A DNA stretch of 64,000 nucleotides from Takakia lepidozioides (lineage: Eukaryota; Plantae; Bryophyta). The notes under the pieces were generated by a model. That model was given only the letters and a program-made list of their open reading frames with translations. It was not told the DNA's origin and made no database searches. The stretch spans positions 39,680,001 to 39,744,000 of the forward strand of contig CM060734.1 in NCBI GenBank assembly GCA_030704615.1, read 5' to 3'. Made by a program: the position numbers and the translations under genes. Positions 46,676 through 60,803 of this stretch are shown here, piece by piece; within the stretch, counting starts at the first letter, position 1, and each line of letters starts with the position of its first letter.

Positions 46676-48072
46676 CGTTCCTCGCTGCTATGCCAGATTG
46701 TGCTAATGAAAAAGAAAGAGAAAGCAACCAACGAGAATTTTAACGTTCCAGGAGGAACCAACAGTAACAGACAAAAGATGAAAGCTCAACGTGAGATGTC
46801 GATGTCAGTATGCCTTCCTTCAGTAAATGGGTCCCGAGCTGCTCCACTGATCTTCCCTTTCTCCGAATAAGAGCAAGTGGGTAAAACCTTGCAGCAGGTG
46901 TCTTCCGCTCAGCATCTTGTTTGAGGCAAGGAGGAATCAAATGAAAATATGACAGTTGATGCGTGTGTACGTAAAAACTGCAAGCAACATCTGTCGATTT
47001 CCTCCAACCTGATCAGCTTTCTGCAACAATTCAATACGAGGTTCCCACGTGGCCAATGATATTTGTGAAGCTATTTGATGACCCGTGGTCCGGTGGGCCC
47101 TCCTCCCATAAAGACCTGGAGTCTTTTTGTGCACTCTAGGATTCACAGCGGAAGCCTAAACTCAGATTTCCAGCAGAGAAACCACAGATCTTGATACATT
47201 CTAGGGAGTATGTGGGAGATCCCTGGGGGGAGCTCCAAGTTTAATGAAGCAATGCATCACCGAGAGTTGGTGGCGACATGAAAGGCCCCCAGATATTTGT
47301 GGCAGAGCACGAGCGGGTACGTTTTTTTGAATTCCGGAACGGAGCGCCAATGTCCTAGAAAACTGCTTTGTCGTCGGAGGGGAAATGTAATGAACAAGTG
47401 TGACCTTTCCCCTCCCACAACCGTTGAGCTATCAGTCAGCATACTCAACACTCCAGTGCAGTGCTCCATGGGTGCATGTTGTGGAAGAGAAGTTGTGATA
47501 AGGTGATGAGATTGTCTGACTGAAAGACCTGTCATCACCTGCAGAGTGAAGTGTGTGCATCACATTGTGTTGTGTGAAACAAAATTGTATAACAATCAAA
47601 GGGGGCCACAATGTGAAGACAGGGAAATTGAACTCACTCTCAAGGAGGTGAAAACTCAATTATTTTGGTTAGAGGAGCAACCATGACACACACCAGAAGA
47701 AAAGGTCACTGACACACAAGCACATTAACAAGAAAGTTGTAGGCTCCATCAAATATGTGTAACATAAACCACGTGAGTTGCACTAATCAAATGCACATAG
47801 AATCTGAGGTCTGAATGTGATTTTGGACCCACATGATTGTGACAGAACTCAAATGTCTTCCAAAAGTTTGGTTGTGCTTCTGCAACTCTACTTGATCTTA
47901 TCAAGAATAGGACTAGCAACTATTGATCGGTTTACTCTCTTTTTGGCTTACATACTGTTATCCGAGGAATGTTTTCGATTGTACACATACTGATACATGG
48001 GTGGAGACTACAAGTATGCCTACAGCTATGCAGGAGTAGACGATAGCAAGCCCACCATTGACCATTTGATCG

Positions 48073-50638
48073 TCATAAGCACTTTGATGAGTGTCTTACT
48101 CCTCCGAAGTACTTGTCACTGAGAGAAACAGCTAATTTGTGGAATGCAACAGCCAATGCCCAGCATATTATGGTCAAGCATGCCCAGCTGACTTGAGCCA
48201 CCAATATGGGCTGCCCTCTCAGCCTTCCTGCCAAAGCTTTCAGGAGAAACTTTAAGCGCCGTTTTTGGAAGTAAGTTGTACTTACAGAAACTGGCAGAAA
48301 CAAATTAGCTTTTGCTGAAATGTGCCCGCCTGTGCCAGAGACTTTTTCCCGGGGGTTCTGCTCCAGAGACCCGCACATGTGCACCACTGAGGTCATTGGT
48401 ATTGTAGGGAGTTCCCTGCTCGGAGAAGATTGGAAACATTTCTCCATAGCCTCCTGACTGAACTGGAAAAAAACCTCTGCCATTGTGGCAGCGATTCTCT
48501 GACGCAATGTGGCTGCCCCACTTGATAAAAAAGCTAGTGCCAGGGCTCGTGTATCTGCTTCCAAAATCACACGGCGGACACCCAGTCCCTCCTTGGCAAG
48601 CAGCAGTCCTACAAGGTTGGCAGTCATTTCTGAGCTCGCGTCTCACTGCACCTTAAGTTACTAACTACAAGTCAAATGGAGGAGCACTATAATCACATTG
48701 AGGATGCAGGCAACAGCCACAGACATGGCATGTGGAATCCAAGCGAAGCATTTGCTTTTGAGATTTCTCCTGGTTTGGTGGGCTTTAGTAAGAAAATGTC
48801 CTAGCAAATTACCTTTCCTTCTAGATAAGAAAGGAGTTGCTCTTGATTGCATGCCGCTGGCATAAAATATGTGAGTGCTAATCATACAGGCCGATGGTGA
48901 GTAAAAACAAACTACAGCTGTGTTTTTGGCTCTTCCTATACGTACTAAAGACAGGCAAATTTAGAACTGGCGAAGGAAACATTCAGGTTATACTACAATT
49001 GCAATCTCAAAAACTGCGGTCAACTCACAACCTGCCTGCCAACACATCTTTCCGGATGTCTGCAACAACCTGCTTGAGAACATCGGTGGACAACAGGGTT
49101 GAGATCCAAGTAATATTGAAAGAGTTCTTCCATCTCAACATGCCAGTCCTGGGGAAGAGTGAAAAAGAGTTAGGGTTAGAATGAACAATGTGAAGATTTT
49201 GTAAATGGACATCAAACTCTGACTGATTCTGGTAAAGCACCCTCCAATCTCTACCAATGGATCCAGAAATACTGCAATCTTCCAGTCCAACTTCAAGAGA
49301 ATGACATTACCAAAAGCATGGCAGTACCTTTTCTTCAAATAGAAGATGTGAAGGACAGAAGTGCTCCTTCCGAATCATGCCCAACGTGGAGTTTCTGAAG
49401 TCAAGATATGGGTCTGACGAACGCTTGATCGACCATGGCTATCCTTCATCGTCCCAATTCCTTCATCAAAAGGCTCTCCATGACTGCCCCCTCTGGAGAT
49501 ACTGGACAGAGGTGAACTGCTCACAACTCTCTGGGCATCCACTCTTTCAGACTCAATCAATAAGTCTTCTTGGATTCTCTGTGACCATGAATCTTCCTGT
49601 GATGATTCCTGTAAGTACTTGGAGTGAAAATCATGATTACTTTTTCTTGTCTCAGGCGGTCGAGATGGACTGGTGAAATTTCGCTCTTTGCTTGAAAGGG
49701 GCAAGCTCAGCTTCATCCACTTTCATGAGGTGCTTTCGACCACCTGCGGAAGTCAATGGCCTCTGCCCCGACTCACGGGGAGATAGTTGCCTAATGATCT
49801 CACCATTGGGAAAACTTCGATAGGGGAGGAACCTGGTCTTTCTAAGACTGGTACTAGAGCCCTCTCTGATGATGCATCATAGGCTGCAGGAGGTACATAA
49901 AAGATGGGTTTCTCTTGAGATTCTCCTGAATGGGGACGTTTCACACCTATTGAAGGACAGCAATTTTGATTTATACTCGAGAACTACTTGCTAAGAAATA
50001 CTCTTCACTGAAACCTTCGAGGATGATTCAGATTAGTGGGAGTAAAGGCATCTACGCCCCTCGATATGGTAAGGATGTACCAATCATTGTAATTCAAACC
50101 TGCGTGCTGTACAACCAACGAAACATGTATCTAGAGATGGGAGACAGAGAAGGGAGATGTAATACTTTTTCCTTAACTCTCCAATGACACATAATAAGGA
50201 TAGAGAGAGGGAGAGAGATGTCATACCAGTGGTTGGTCCCCTTGGTGAATCACCGTGGATTGACCGTGCAAGACTTGGTGAGTCCCTCTCAGATGATGTG
50301 ATCTCCTCATTGCTTGATGACAACAAAGGCAAGAGGTCCCCCACCCGGTTCATATTGAGTCTCTCTAGTGGGAGCCTATCTACCACATTCCGAGATAAAG
50401 GTCTTTCAGTGCGGTTTTCTGACAGAGGCCATTCATGCATCATTCGTGAGGGAGGTCTTTCTATGTGCTGTGCAGCCATTGTCACAGGTCTACTACCACC
50501 CTGTCTTGCTCCAGGATGCTCTGAAGAAATTGATCTTGGGGAAGACTCACCATACGTCTGGTCAGGAAAGCTATGAAGTTCGCTGCTCAACATCTTCTTA
50601 TCAAGGCCAGGGGACGACCGGTTTGAGCCTTCTGCCAA
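48073..50638 (-). pseudogene. Degenerate or unrecognised multi-exon gene: Ser/Pro/Arg-rich N-terminus plus helical C-terminal blocks
   Basis: Protein-like ORFs at 50638-50223, 49944-49753, 49716-49375, 49338-49025 and 48627-48073 on one strand with some GT/AG sites. They cannot be joined without stops or frameshifts, and no family is recognised. Confidence 0.35.
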
Positions 50639-51954
50639 ATAAGCGAATGAACAACTTCAGTCAGATGTAATTCTTCTCTTTGTACAGCAACTTCTCTTCT
50701 CGTCGTAGCTAAGGGCTACAAAGAAAATCCTTTGCTTCTGCCTAAATGCATTTAGTGTCTCTCTCCCTCACACATTCAAATAACCACCATTAAGCTCCAG
50801 ACAGTGAGATATACCCAGTTAGAACCATCAAGAAAGCCACATACTTGCAGAAATACCATCATGCTAAAAATACAGCAGGGAAGGATGTCTACAAAACATT
50901 TTTTCTATCCTGCAAGCCCAATCTAGCTCACAATCAATGGTGTAGCAAAAGTAGATAGACGTTCCTGCATACCATTTTCCCAAGAATGGACAACACTTGG
51001 ACCAATGCTCACCAGCAACAAACTGAAACTTAAGTTGTGATTGGTCCATGATGCACGCACAGCAGCCCATGCATAGCACATCACAGACTTCACCAAAAGA
51101 TCATTTTGAGGAGGAAGTCAGTTAACTCCAGAAAAAAATACCAAAGGTCTGCTGAATACCGCTCAACGCGCCGTTGCTGCTAATATCTACTATATGCCAA
51201 ATTGCAGCTACAAGCACCTCTCTTTTATAGTGACAGAGGTCAGAAAGAAGGAAAGGCAGAGGAAAAATTCTGTGATGTCTCCCTCAGATAGCACGTTCAA
51301 AACATGGTAGAAATCTGAAAAGAAGAAACCAACAACAGAGGGATAAAGTTGGTACCAAAGCCTGCAATGAAACAGTTTGAGAGAGTGGGGAAAAGGTGAA
51401 GGATTTGTACTTGAGCTTTTCTTGCTTGTCATGCAAGAGAGAGGCACATGTACTAATTAGACTTTGCGTGCCAGAGCCTCTGTGGCCATAAACCAAGCAT
51501 GCCAAGTTTGGAGAGGTGTAGAAAGGGGGAGGGGGTCAGGAGAGGAGCAGAAGGAGGCCACTACAATCACGGAAGCCTTGCCCCAGTGGTAAGATTCACC
51601 ATATATGTGAAGCTAGGAGGATACATGGCTTGTAATTACAAAAGTGGTATGTTGATGTAAAATTGAGGTTTTAATCTACACTGTTGGTAGGTGTAGATAC
51701 CCCATTCCTGCCTTTGATTTCAGTTGCCAGGAGTAACTTCAATACCAGTAGATGTACATAAGCCTGGTCCAAAAGGAACAAGTGTTGTACTTTATCGTCA
51801 TCGCTTTCTGGCCTTTCCGATTTGTTAGGAAAGCTCTAGTAGCGTAATTTTCCTGAATACAGACCCAAGGAGGTGCTTTTGGAGGCTATGGCATTCTAGG
51901 GCTTGTGACTTTTCTATCTTTTTAGTGTAGCTTCCTTTTTCTTGAGAGGTGTTA

Positions 51955-52450
51955 CTACGGCAAACAAAGCCTTATGGGTACATTCTTAAGAGGTGTTGGA
52001 TGACCTCAAGGGTCTACCCACTCCCGGCACTAGACTGAAATTTAAACTCAGGGCAGGAAGCTACCTTTGAACAGCAAACAGAAGCAGAGAGGAAAGGGAG
52101 AGTGCAATTGCCCGTTGTGTGGGCAACCTGAAGACAATATTCATTTTCTGATGCACTGTCCGGGGTTCTCTCACCAAAGAGACGCTCTCCTCAAATCTAT
52201 CAAGGGAATTGTGCCTGTACCTCTGTTTACTTTGTCTAGAGGCTGAGCCAAAAGCCCAGGCCCTTCTGAGGCCTAGTTTTTGGGCAAATCACACACAGCA
52301 GATTGATGCTTGTGTGAAGGGATTTCTAAAGGATATCTGGAAAACCCGGATCAATTTTTTGTATCAAGGTAAGTCTTACTACAAACGTCAAACTGGGCGC
52401 GGGGTCAATGGCCACAAGGCTACGGGAAACAACGTCTTATGAGTACATTC
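51955..52450 (+). mobile_element. Two serial RTEX-like LINE insertions (F ~51955-51985, G ~51998-52450) at one target site
   Basis: Target TTCTT(G)AGAGGTGTT / TTCTTAAGAGGTGTT occurs three times (~51939, ~51983, ~52448). G encodes KFKLRAGS..CPLCGQPEDNIHFLMHCPG. Confidence 0.85.
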
Positions 52451-52941
52451 TTAAGAGGTGTTAGCCTGGCAAATCTTCCCTGCCTGGGCTGCACCCAGAC
52501 CGCTTCTCTGGTTGCTGACTCGGTCTGGGAAGCCATTAGTTGAGTTGCTAAGGTTGTGGTTAAAGATTTGGGAGTATAAGCTATGGTCTGGTCACATTGT
52601 GGGTTGCAACTGCAGTAGAATATGAGTTAAAATGAGCTGGGGGCCCAAAATGGGCGTTTCTATATAATTGTACAACTTCAAACATGATCAATGTGTTGAG
52701 CTATACATGCAACAGATCACATATGATTCTGCAAGGTCTACCTCAATCAGAAAACTTTGACATGCTCTGGAGACTAGAATGTGAGATGATCAATAATAGC
52801 AAACCTCTGGATCCAGTGGCTTCCAACTCTTGAGCCGGCCTAAACAGTTGTCTACCTACTCCAAGCTCCACCAAAACTCGCAGATCTAGCCTCAATTATC
52901 AGCTTCTGGTAATGAAGCCAGGTACCGGCGAAGAAGATCGA

Positions 52942-55223
52942 TCAATAACAATGTGCAGGTAAACGGGGTTCCCCAATCACGTGCAATGGGTTCGCCCGAG
53001 GCATGGTGACCCCGAATTTCTCAGTCATGTCCAGGTCTTTGGGATCCTGATTGTTGGGCAGCTTGAAGTTGAAACTGTGGACGAGACGAGCAAGCCCGAT
53101 CTGCACAAAGAGAATCCCCAGAGGCATTCCTGGGCAGATCCTTCTTCCTGCGCCGAATGGCAACAACTGGAAATGGTTACCCTTCATATCAATTTCAGGA
53201 TTTTTAACGAATCTCTCAGGGTCGAACTCCAAAGGCCTTTCCCAACTGGCTGGGTCCCGCTGGATGGCATAGGCGTTGAGGAACATGCGAGTGTTGGCTG
53301 GTATGTCATAGCCTCTCACTGTGCAGGGCTCAATGGACATATGTGGCAGGGACAAAGGTGCTGGGGGATAAAGGCGGAAAACCTCCTTCACAACCGCTTG
53401 CAGGTAGGGTAGGTTCACAATGTCTGTCTCATCGACTGGGCGGTCACAGCCCACCACAGCGTCCAACTCAGCTTGCGCTTTCTTCATCACATCTGGATGA
53501 CGCAGGAGTGCCGCCACAGCCCACTCTACTGTGTTTGATGATGTGTCCGTCCCTGCCAGAAGCATGTCCTGCACATGCAGCCCTCAACACAGTTACAAGT
53601 GGAACAAAAATCTTCCAACCCGGCGAACAAAACTTTGATAAATTCCTGCTGTCCAACTTCTCTCATAGCGTGCACGCCTTTTCAATTTAACCCTCCATGG
53701 AGGAAGCAATATATTCTACTCCCTGCCTCATATCCCCTCTACACCGAAGTGAAGTCAATTCGTTGCTAGTTCTAAGTGGCCCACAACTGAAGTTGAACTC
53801 TTGGCTAAGGCAAGATTACCGCAGTGGAACTACGGTCTAGGGTAGGTGTACAATTATGGTTCAAAGAGTTCAAACCGTCAATCGTCCTTAAAGCTCTACT
53901 TTGCATTACATGAAGGCAGCTGCTTTCTCTTGAAATGTTTCAGATTGTTACCTGGATCACAGACTTGATCGTCTCGTCAGACAGTTGACCCTTTCCATCT
54001 GCGGAGGGCATGGATAAGAGCACATCAACGAAGTCCTTGGAATCCTCGTCGATCTCATCTGCTCCTTTCCGAGCGAGTCCACCCTTCTTGCTTTCTACGA
54101 ATGTTTGAAGAAATTCGTCTATATCTTTCTTCACCTTACGCATATAGGCTACGTAGCCTGATGCATATGTGACCCAGCTTAGCCACGGAATGAAATCGCC
54201 AACGATAAGTGCGGAATTCGCACTGAACAAGGTGAAAACGAGTTCTTTGAAGCGGTGGGCTTGCCCCTGCCCCGCCGTGTCCAACCCAAAGAACCTACAA
54301 CCACAACGACTTCTTACGTTAATAACAGTGCCATCTCTAAGCTGCAGAGACCTTCAGAACCGGAAGTGCAACCAATTCAAGATCTTCTGAAAAACCTTCA
54401 AAGCCAGGGGTTATCCACGGGTAGCTAAACTTGTGCTTAGTGGTTCAGCTCCCAGTAACACTCTAGTCTGCAGTCCTTGTGGAGCTCGAGAATGTGCTAG
54501 GTTAGATAACAAGACCACCTTTAAGTATTTGCAATTGGCAATGCCGCTGAGCATTAGTTTCGCCTAGAGTACTGAATATGTTCCATACCTCTTGTTCAAC
54601 ATCATGCGAGTAATGTTGTTGGTAGCGAGATGTCCCAGCTTGACATTGAGCTCCACTACCTTTCCCTTCTGAATGTCATCCATGATGGAGCTCACCATGT
54701 GATTCACCTCGTCAGTCCTAGGGGGGCGGAAAGCGTCCAGCCGCTTGCTTGTGAAGAGCTCCAGGGTGCAGATCTTTCGCAAATGACGCCAGTATGGACC
54801 ATAGGGAGCCACCACAATGTTTGTATAGTGGTTAGAGAAGATCTCTCCAGATATGGATGGAGGGCGACCTGCGAACGACTTGTCATGGGTTTTGTGGAAT
54901 TCCATTGCTGCTTCAGCAGAGGAGACGACAACGAGGGGATAGGAGCCCAAGTGCATGTACATGATGGGTCCGTAGATTTTAGAAAGCGCCGTCAGGCTAT
55001 GCTGTGGAGAGGTGCCAATCTGGAGAATATTGCCTATGATGGGCCATGGGCGCGGTCCCGGGGGAAGTTTGCTCTTTTTCCCAAAGAGACTCCTGGCCAC
55101 CACGATTGTAAGTATGCTCACAAGCACAGCAGCTATGATCGCCTCACGAGACAGCGACCATGCACCACCTTGAGCCAACTGAGTGATCACAGAGGAATCA
55201 CCCTCCGAATAGTCGGACTCCAT
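52942..55223 (-). CDS. Cytochrome P450, CYP71 clan (A-type), 3 exons
   Basis: Exons 55223-54589, 54294-53952 and 53568-52942. TM anchor, LPPGP, YGPYWRHLRK, AGTDTS, EVFR, PERF and heme motif PFGAGRRICPG. Confidence 0.95.
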
Positions 55224-55343
55224 ATTGAATACTCTGCCCTCTAATCTCCACCAAGAGCTATCTGCCGGTTGTGTTCTCCCACTCTACAAGCTGGTCACAA
55301 GATGATCTCCGACAGCATCTTCTGCGACTGGGCTCCTCTCAGG

Positions 55344-55416
55344 ATCCCTCTCGCTTACGGCACCTACTATTGCTCCTCTCGGTATCCCTCTCGCTTACAG
55401 CACCGACTATTCCTCA
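55344..55416. repeat. ~40-bp tandem repeat upstream of the P450 start
   Basis: ATCCCTCTCGCTTAC(G/A)GCACC(T/G)ACTATT(G/C)CTC twice. Confidence 0.7.
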
Positions 55417-55896
55417 AAGCGCGAGCGCCCAATTCTCAATTGTTTCCCCAGATGTGAAGACTACAGGTAGCACGGAAGCTTTTGAGGTAAAGTCTTTGCT
55501 TTATATCCTAATTCCTCACCGAGCAATTCATATTTTAGTCACTGTGTTCGTACTTTAGTGTCTCGCTCGTTTGACTGGGCGTCAACTTACGTAAGTCAAG
55601 CAGCCCTCGTGTGGTGTTGTCAGCCGCCGGCGTGGGTTACACTGCCCTGGCTAATTTTTAACTTACGGCGTGAATAGTGTATCCATTTATGGTGACACTT
55701 AGGATTTTACCAGTGTTGGCCGGGTATGGCATCTTGACATGCATATCCGGCGGTTATTTGCCGGTTATGCACATGTGCATGATCGGAAAGTGCAGCCCCT
55801 GCAGGAACCTTAGTTGGGCATTTGGCATTTGGCTAAGACAATAGTTGTAAGTTGTAAGCTTAGTGTATTAGAGGGGCAGGGGCGGAGAGATAGATG

Positions 55897-55960
55897 ACAG
55901 GTTTGAACCCGAGACCCACAACCAAGACTCTAGTGGCTTATCTCCAGGCCACAGCCCTTT
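55897..55960 (-). mobile_element. Possible degenerate tRNA-derived SINE head
   Basis: Minus strand has A-box-like TGGCCTGGAGATAAG and B-box-like GGGTTCAAACC about 45 nt apart. Confidence 0.3.
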
Positions 55961-57249
55961 TGTGTATAGTTTTACACACATACACAAAAATGCTAGAAAA
56001 AGTAAAAATAAATATGCCTGTCTACGAGGTAGGAAGTGCTTTGGGCGTTCTCGGGCGGGCAGTCCGGGCAGGGACCAAACAAAAATGTAAAATACACATA
56101 TGCTGTTTTGTTGTTTCGCGCAAGAAAAATGGCATAGTGTTTGCCAAAGTTGAACCAATCAAAATGCTTATGTGAACCTTGAGCCCTACGACCAATCATA
56201 TTTTTGGGGAATTTTATCAAAATAGTTTTGGTCAAGTGGCAAAAAGTAAGCAGTCTTGGGCCAGCAGAACGGTTGACTCACTAATAACAAACTACTCTTT
56301 GTCACATTTGGATTCATAATTCACTTGCATGGATATTGACAAAGTCCATATTAGGCATCCTCCATCCCTGTTATGTGTTATGAACCCACTCTAGAAACTC
56401 TTATAGGCATACTTATGACAGATCGTAAAAAAAATCATAGTAAATCCAAAATATATATTTCTTCTCGCGGTTGATAAGAATGCAAATGCCATCATGCCAC
56501 AATTGGTAGAAATTCTGACAGCAATGCTCAGGGAACTTTTTAGTTTATGAATATCCTGCCAGAAATATATAGACACCAAGTTGTATTGATTATCATTCAA
56601 ACACTATGGCTGCCAGTCGATAGAGTATGCAATTCCGTTGCAATGTGCCAAAGCCATGACCAATGGGCTATGGCTTCCCATGACCAAGATGTCAGGACAC
56701 TCTCCTTTGAACTTCCTTGCATATCGTACTCTTTATATCTCCTTGCTTCAACAAGTCTTCAAATTCCAACTGTCTTTAGAAAAAGGAAAACCCACACATG
56801 AGAAAAGTACTGTGTCCAGCTCTCTTATTCATAGCATTTGCGACACCTACGAGGGTTAAACTGATGTTTTCATTCAATGTACTAACACCCAGGCCATGGA
56901 CCTTTTTCCCCTTTTCAAGAGCTCCCAGGCTTAATGCACACGCATTGCAAACACAAATGCTCCCTCACAAATTCCTGACATCTGTCCTTACATCATTTGT
57001 GTTCATCCCTCCAGCAAGGCTCAGCATAGTAGTGGATAGCATCACACAAGCTGCTGCCTGCTAACAATGCTTTTCGCCACATGTTCTGCTACCCCCACAT
57101 CTCCATGAAGTTTGCAGGAACCAAGCAAGGCCCTCCATACCCTAGGATCTGGTTGGATTGACATTTTGCTACTATAAACTCCTCTGCCTCATCTAATCGC
57201 CCTGCACAGCCAAGAGGGCGGTTTCACCCCTTCCCCCATCATTTGCTCA

Positions 57250-60200
57250 TGTCTCCAAGGCCTCCATCCTGTGCATCGTCGCAGCTCGGCAACCCATGTC
57301 TGCTGCCTGCTCTGCCCTTTTAGTGCATCCTACCCAATCTGCCCCCTTTTTAAAGGATCCCCTTAGCACAACAATGATACCGATATACAATCTCCTCGCT
57401 GTCTCACTACCTCCACCCCGCATCTTCTCTCTACTACGTTCTGACTATATTTATTCTACATGTGTGATCAATGCCAACACCCCTGCCACTACAACAAACC
57501 CCATGCAATCTAGTTGTGGGAGTAATACAGGCTTCACTGTCCCAATCTGGAACACACTGCGACCAACCCAGCTTTGGCGCCATGGCACACACCACACAGG
57601 ATCAGACCAACAGAGGTGGATGTCTCGTCATTGGAAGTGTGGACTCCTAGCTATGGCATCCCACGACACGTGCACCAAATATCACCCCCAACTGGCAGCC
57701 GCTCGCAGCAATGATAGAGACCGGGCCTGCCATCATCCTCAACACAATTCGGACTCTCTCTCTCCATCACCCGAGGTGGTGTGCCAGTCGCACCGCCTGT
57801 ACCAGGTTCTCTGCTCCTCAAATGCTCATCTTTTTCTTGCTTCACCTAATGCTACCCAGGTATGTTCTATCCAGCCCCCCCCCTACTCCTATCGCAACCA
57901 CCTAGAGACCGACTATGATCTTCAATGCATGTTAGCGGATAGCAACATACCCCAGCCTCATTTTCCAACGATAACACTGACCCAATTGCTAATATTTCAG
58001 GAACGCCACTGATAATTTCACTTATATGGCTCGCCACTGGAAGGTCTATTTACCAGGTGCCTGCCCCTCTCCCATCACAAACGTTGCGGACCTGCCACCA
58101 ACAAGTAGATATCTACCAAGAACACTGGTTCGGCGCTGATGCCCTGCTGCCCCGATCACTGGCACCAACGACCATCTGCTGCTGGCAGCCCATTCCCTCT
58201 CACTCTACTGCTGCCCCGCCAACGGGAGCCTTGTACTCTCACCCCTTTTATGTTGTCTCTACTTCTGCCCACCCTCGCATTCCCTTCTGTTCAGCTATCA
58301 GTGCCACTGCTCTTAATAACCAGTAGTCTACAATACCATATTACCAGCCCCCTAATGACACTCTCTTGGGTATGCTTGCAGGCCCCTCACCAACCTCTAC
58401 AACCACCCTCCAGCTCGCGACGTGCTCCCTTCCAATTTGGCTTAAGACTTCATTACCAAGAACAACTCTCCCCCATGCCTCCCAGTGGACCGTCACCATC
58501 TTCCAGGCTAATTTACCATCTACGCTATCAACCTCCCCAACCCTGGCACTCTATGATGCAACCTACACTGAGTATGCCTCGATCGGCACCGCCCAAATAG
58601 CCTACTCTCGATATAGGCTGTTACCAGAATATAGTGTTAGATTCATATTATTTGGATACCTTCTTATTGTTTACCCACCTGGGGTACTCTCAATTTTGGC
58701 TCAAATCCAATACAATACGTACCCTCACACAACTTCCCCACATTCTCTACCCACACTACTTCTTCACACTCCTCCCTCACACTACCTACTTATGTCATCT
58801 CCCTCTCCCAACCGATCAAACTGCTAATACACACACTCCTCGCATATTTCAACAGGCACTCTCACTCTCTTTACGTTTACGGCCCCATAATCCTACACCA
58901 ATTACACTCGTTATCCACCACAGTCAACAATGGCTACCAGCCTCCCCCCTATCACTCACTCATCAGCACAATGATAGCTTACCCCCCCCCCCAGTATACC
59001 ACCACACAAGGCTCACCAACAGACAATCACTTGGCCCCCTACTGCCAAGAATATTATAGCTCCCACACAACTATACTCTGCCTCCTTGTAATGCCAGACG
59101 ATCATAGCCTTCAACACCCGCTTTGCAAGCCCTCACATTACACACCCCTATACCTCCACTTCCTCCCACACACCCCAATTTCACCTACCCCCCCCCCCCC
59201 AGCAACTATACCCCCTTCAATTGACACTCTCCCACCTCCCCATATGGTAATTATCAATTACAAAGGCTTCCTACTATACTGCCGCACCAGCCCACTCTCT
59301 CCATTCCCAACCTACCTCCCCCACATGACACATCCAACAATGGCCTTCACACATCCAACAAAGCCTAACTGTACACTGGTGCAGAATCTGAGATCACATT
59401 TCATAATTAAATACCATCACCGTGACATAAAGTGGTTCACCAAATCTCCTACCCCTAAGATTACATGTAATCCTTCGTGCACACGCAGCCATAGCACGGC
59501 TCTCTCCAAACGATGCCGTTCCGGCAACACACCATACATGCTCCCTACCCGTAACTGATGGTCTCTCGCACATAAAAAGCTATGCAGTGCACCCAGCCAC
59601 CTCTCTCTCGCCACCCCACTGGCCCCACCCCTACAACCAGCCAACACATTGCATAACCCTCACAGCTGACAACGCTTCCCACTACTTAATCCCTCATCAC
59701 TTCTGCCCTCACAAGAGCCAGATCCCGCCAGCTCCTCGATTTAATTTTCTACCCTGTCTTCACCACCCCCGCCACTCTTCATCGCTGGCCAAAATAACTC
59801 CCACACACATGGTGCATTTGCATAGTGTTTGCCCCACAATCGATATGCTACGAGACACCTTCATAATCTCTTCGTTTATCCTTCCGCTGCCAACTTGCGT
59901 TGGGCAATACCCAGCTCTTAAAGCTCCTGATCACTCAAGCCTTTGCTACACTGACAGCGAATTGATACGCATGCTAAATCTGCTGTTCTCCACTGCACCC
60001 CAACTAAGTGCAGTGCGCAACTCGCCTCCCCATCTACCCAGCCCTCTCAAACGTCACTACACTAGACCCAGTACTGCCACCCGCATTAAAATCGACGCTT
60101 ATTGTGGCATCCCCAGTTCCCGAACTCTCAATCTATATAAATCCCGTCACCCTCTCCCCCCCCTTTCACTTGCTTGTTGGACTCTTTACGTTCAAAACTC

Positions 60201-60615
60201 CCCACTCTCCACCCCCCCTTACTCAACAATTCCAGAACTACACACCCGGGTAGATTACATCTTCCCCCTCCTGTCTGCTCAGTTCACTGCTAATATCTAT
60301 CAACACATAGCTACCCCCCAGTCATACTCCCCACCGCCTACTCTTATGTTCTCTTCAGCAGTCGGTGTCCCCTCTCTCATGGGTCGACCCAGACAGCAAT
60401 TCAGTAGGCAACTGGCGCCAGGCAGTCCTCTTGCCAGCCATCCGTCCGCCACTCCAGCAATGGAACCCAAGTTCTTGGACTCGTCGCTCACAGTAAATTC
60501 GCTTGCCCCAATGCCACGCACTCTCAGGCCCACTGTTAGAGGACTGTCTGGGACTTAGACACTTATACGGGATCTGTGGGGTACCCTTAATTTTTACACA
60601 GACTGAGACCAACAG
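57250..60615 (+). mobile_element. Decayed C/A-skewed retroelement-like region, possibly the N-terminal part of a long LINE ORF2 ending at the start of an APE endonuclease
   Basis: Strong C/A-rich, G-poor strand bias and long Pro/His/Thr-rich broken ORFs. TVRGL then, in another frame, PLIFTQTET at 60532-60610 resemble the NVRGL...QET start of APE domains. Confidence 0.35.
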
Positions 60616-60655
60616 GAGCCTTAGGGGTGACAGCAGCGCACTTTAGAGGGGGTTA

Positions 60656-60803
60656 CATAGCCCGTCACAGTCCGACACAGCCCGTCACAGCCAACACAAC
60701 CCGTCACAGTCCGACACAGCCAGACACATCCAGTCACAGCTTGACACAGTCGACACAGCCCAACAAGGTCGCACAGCCAGTCACAGCTTGACACAGCTGT
60801 CAC
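60656..60803. repeat. 10-bp unit minisatellite, ~14 copies
   Basis: CACAGCCCGT / CACAGTCCGA alternating, degenerating to the right. Confidence 0.85.

Noticed and set aside
54630-55244. Long antisense ORFs over the P450, GT31, transposase and copia genes
   Set aside because: Shadow ORFs of well-supported genes on the opposite strand.
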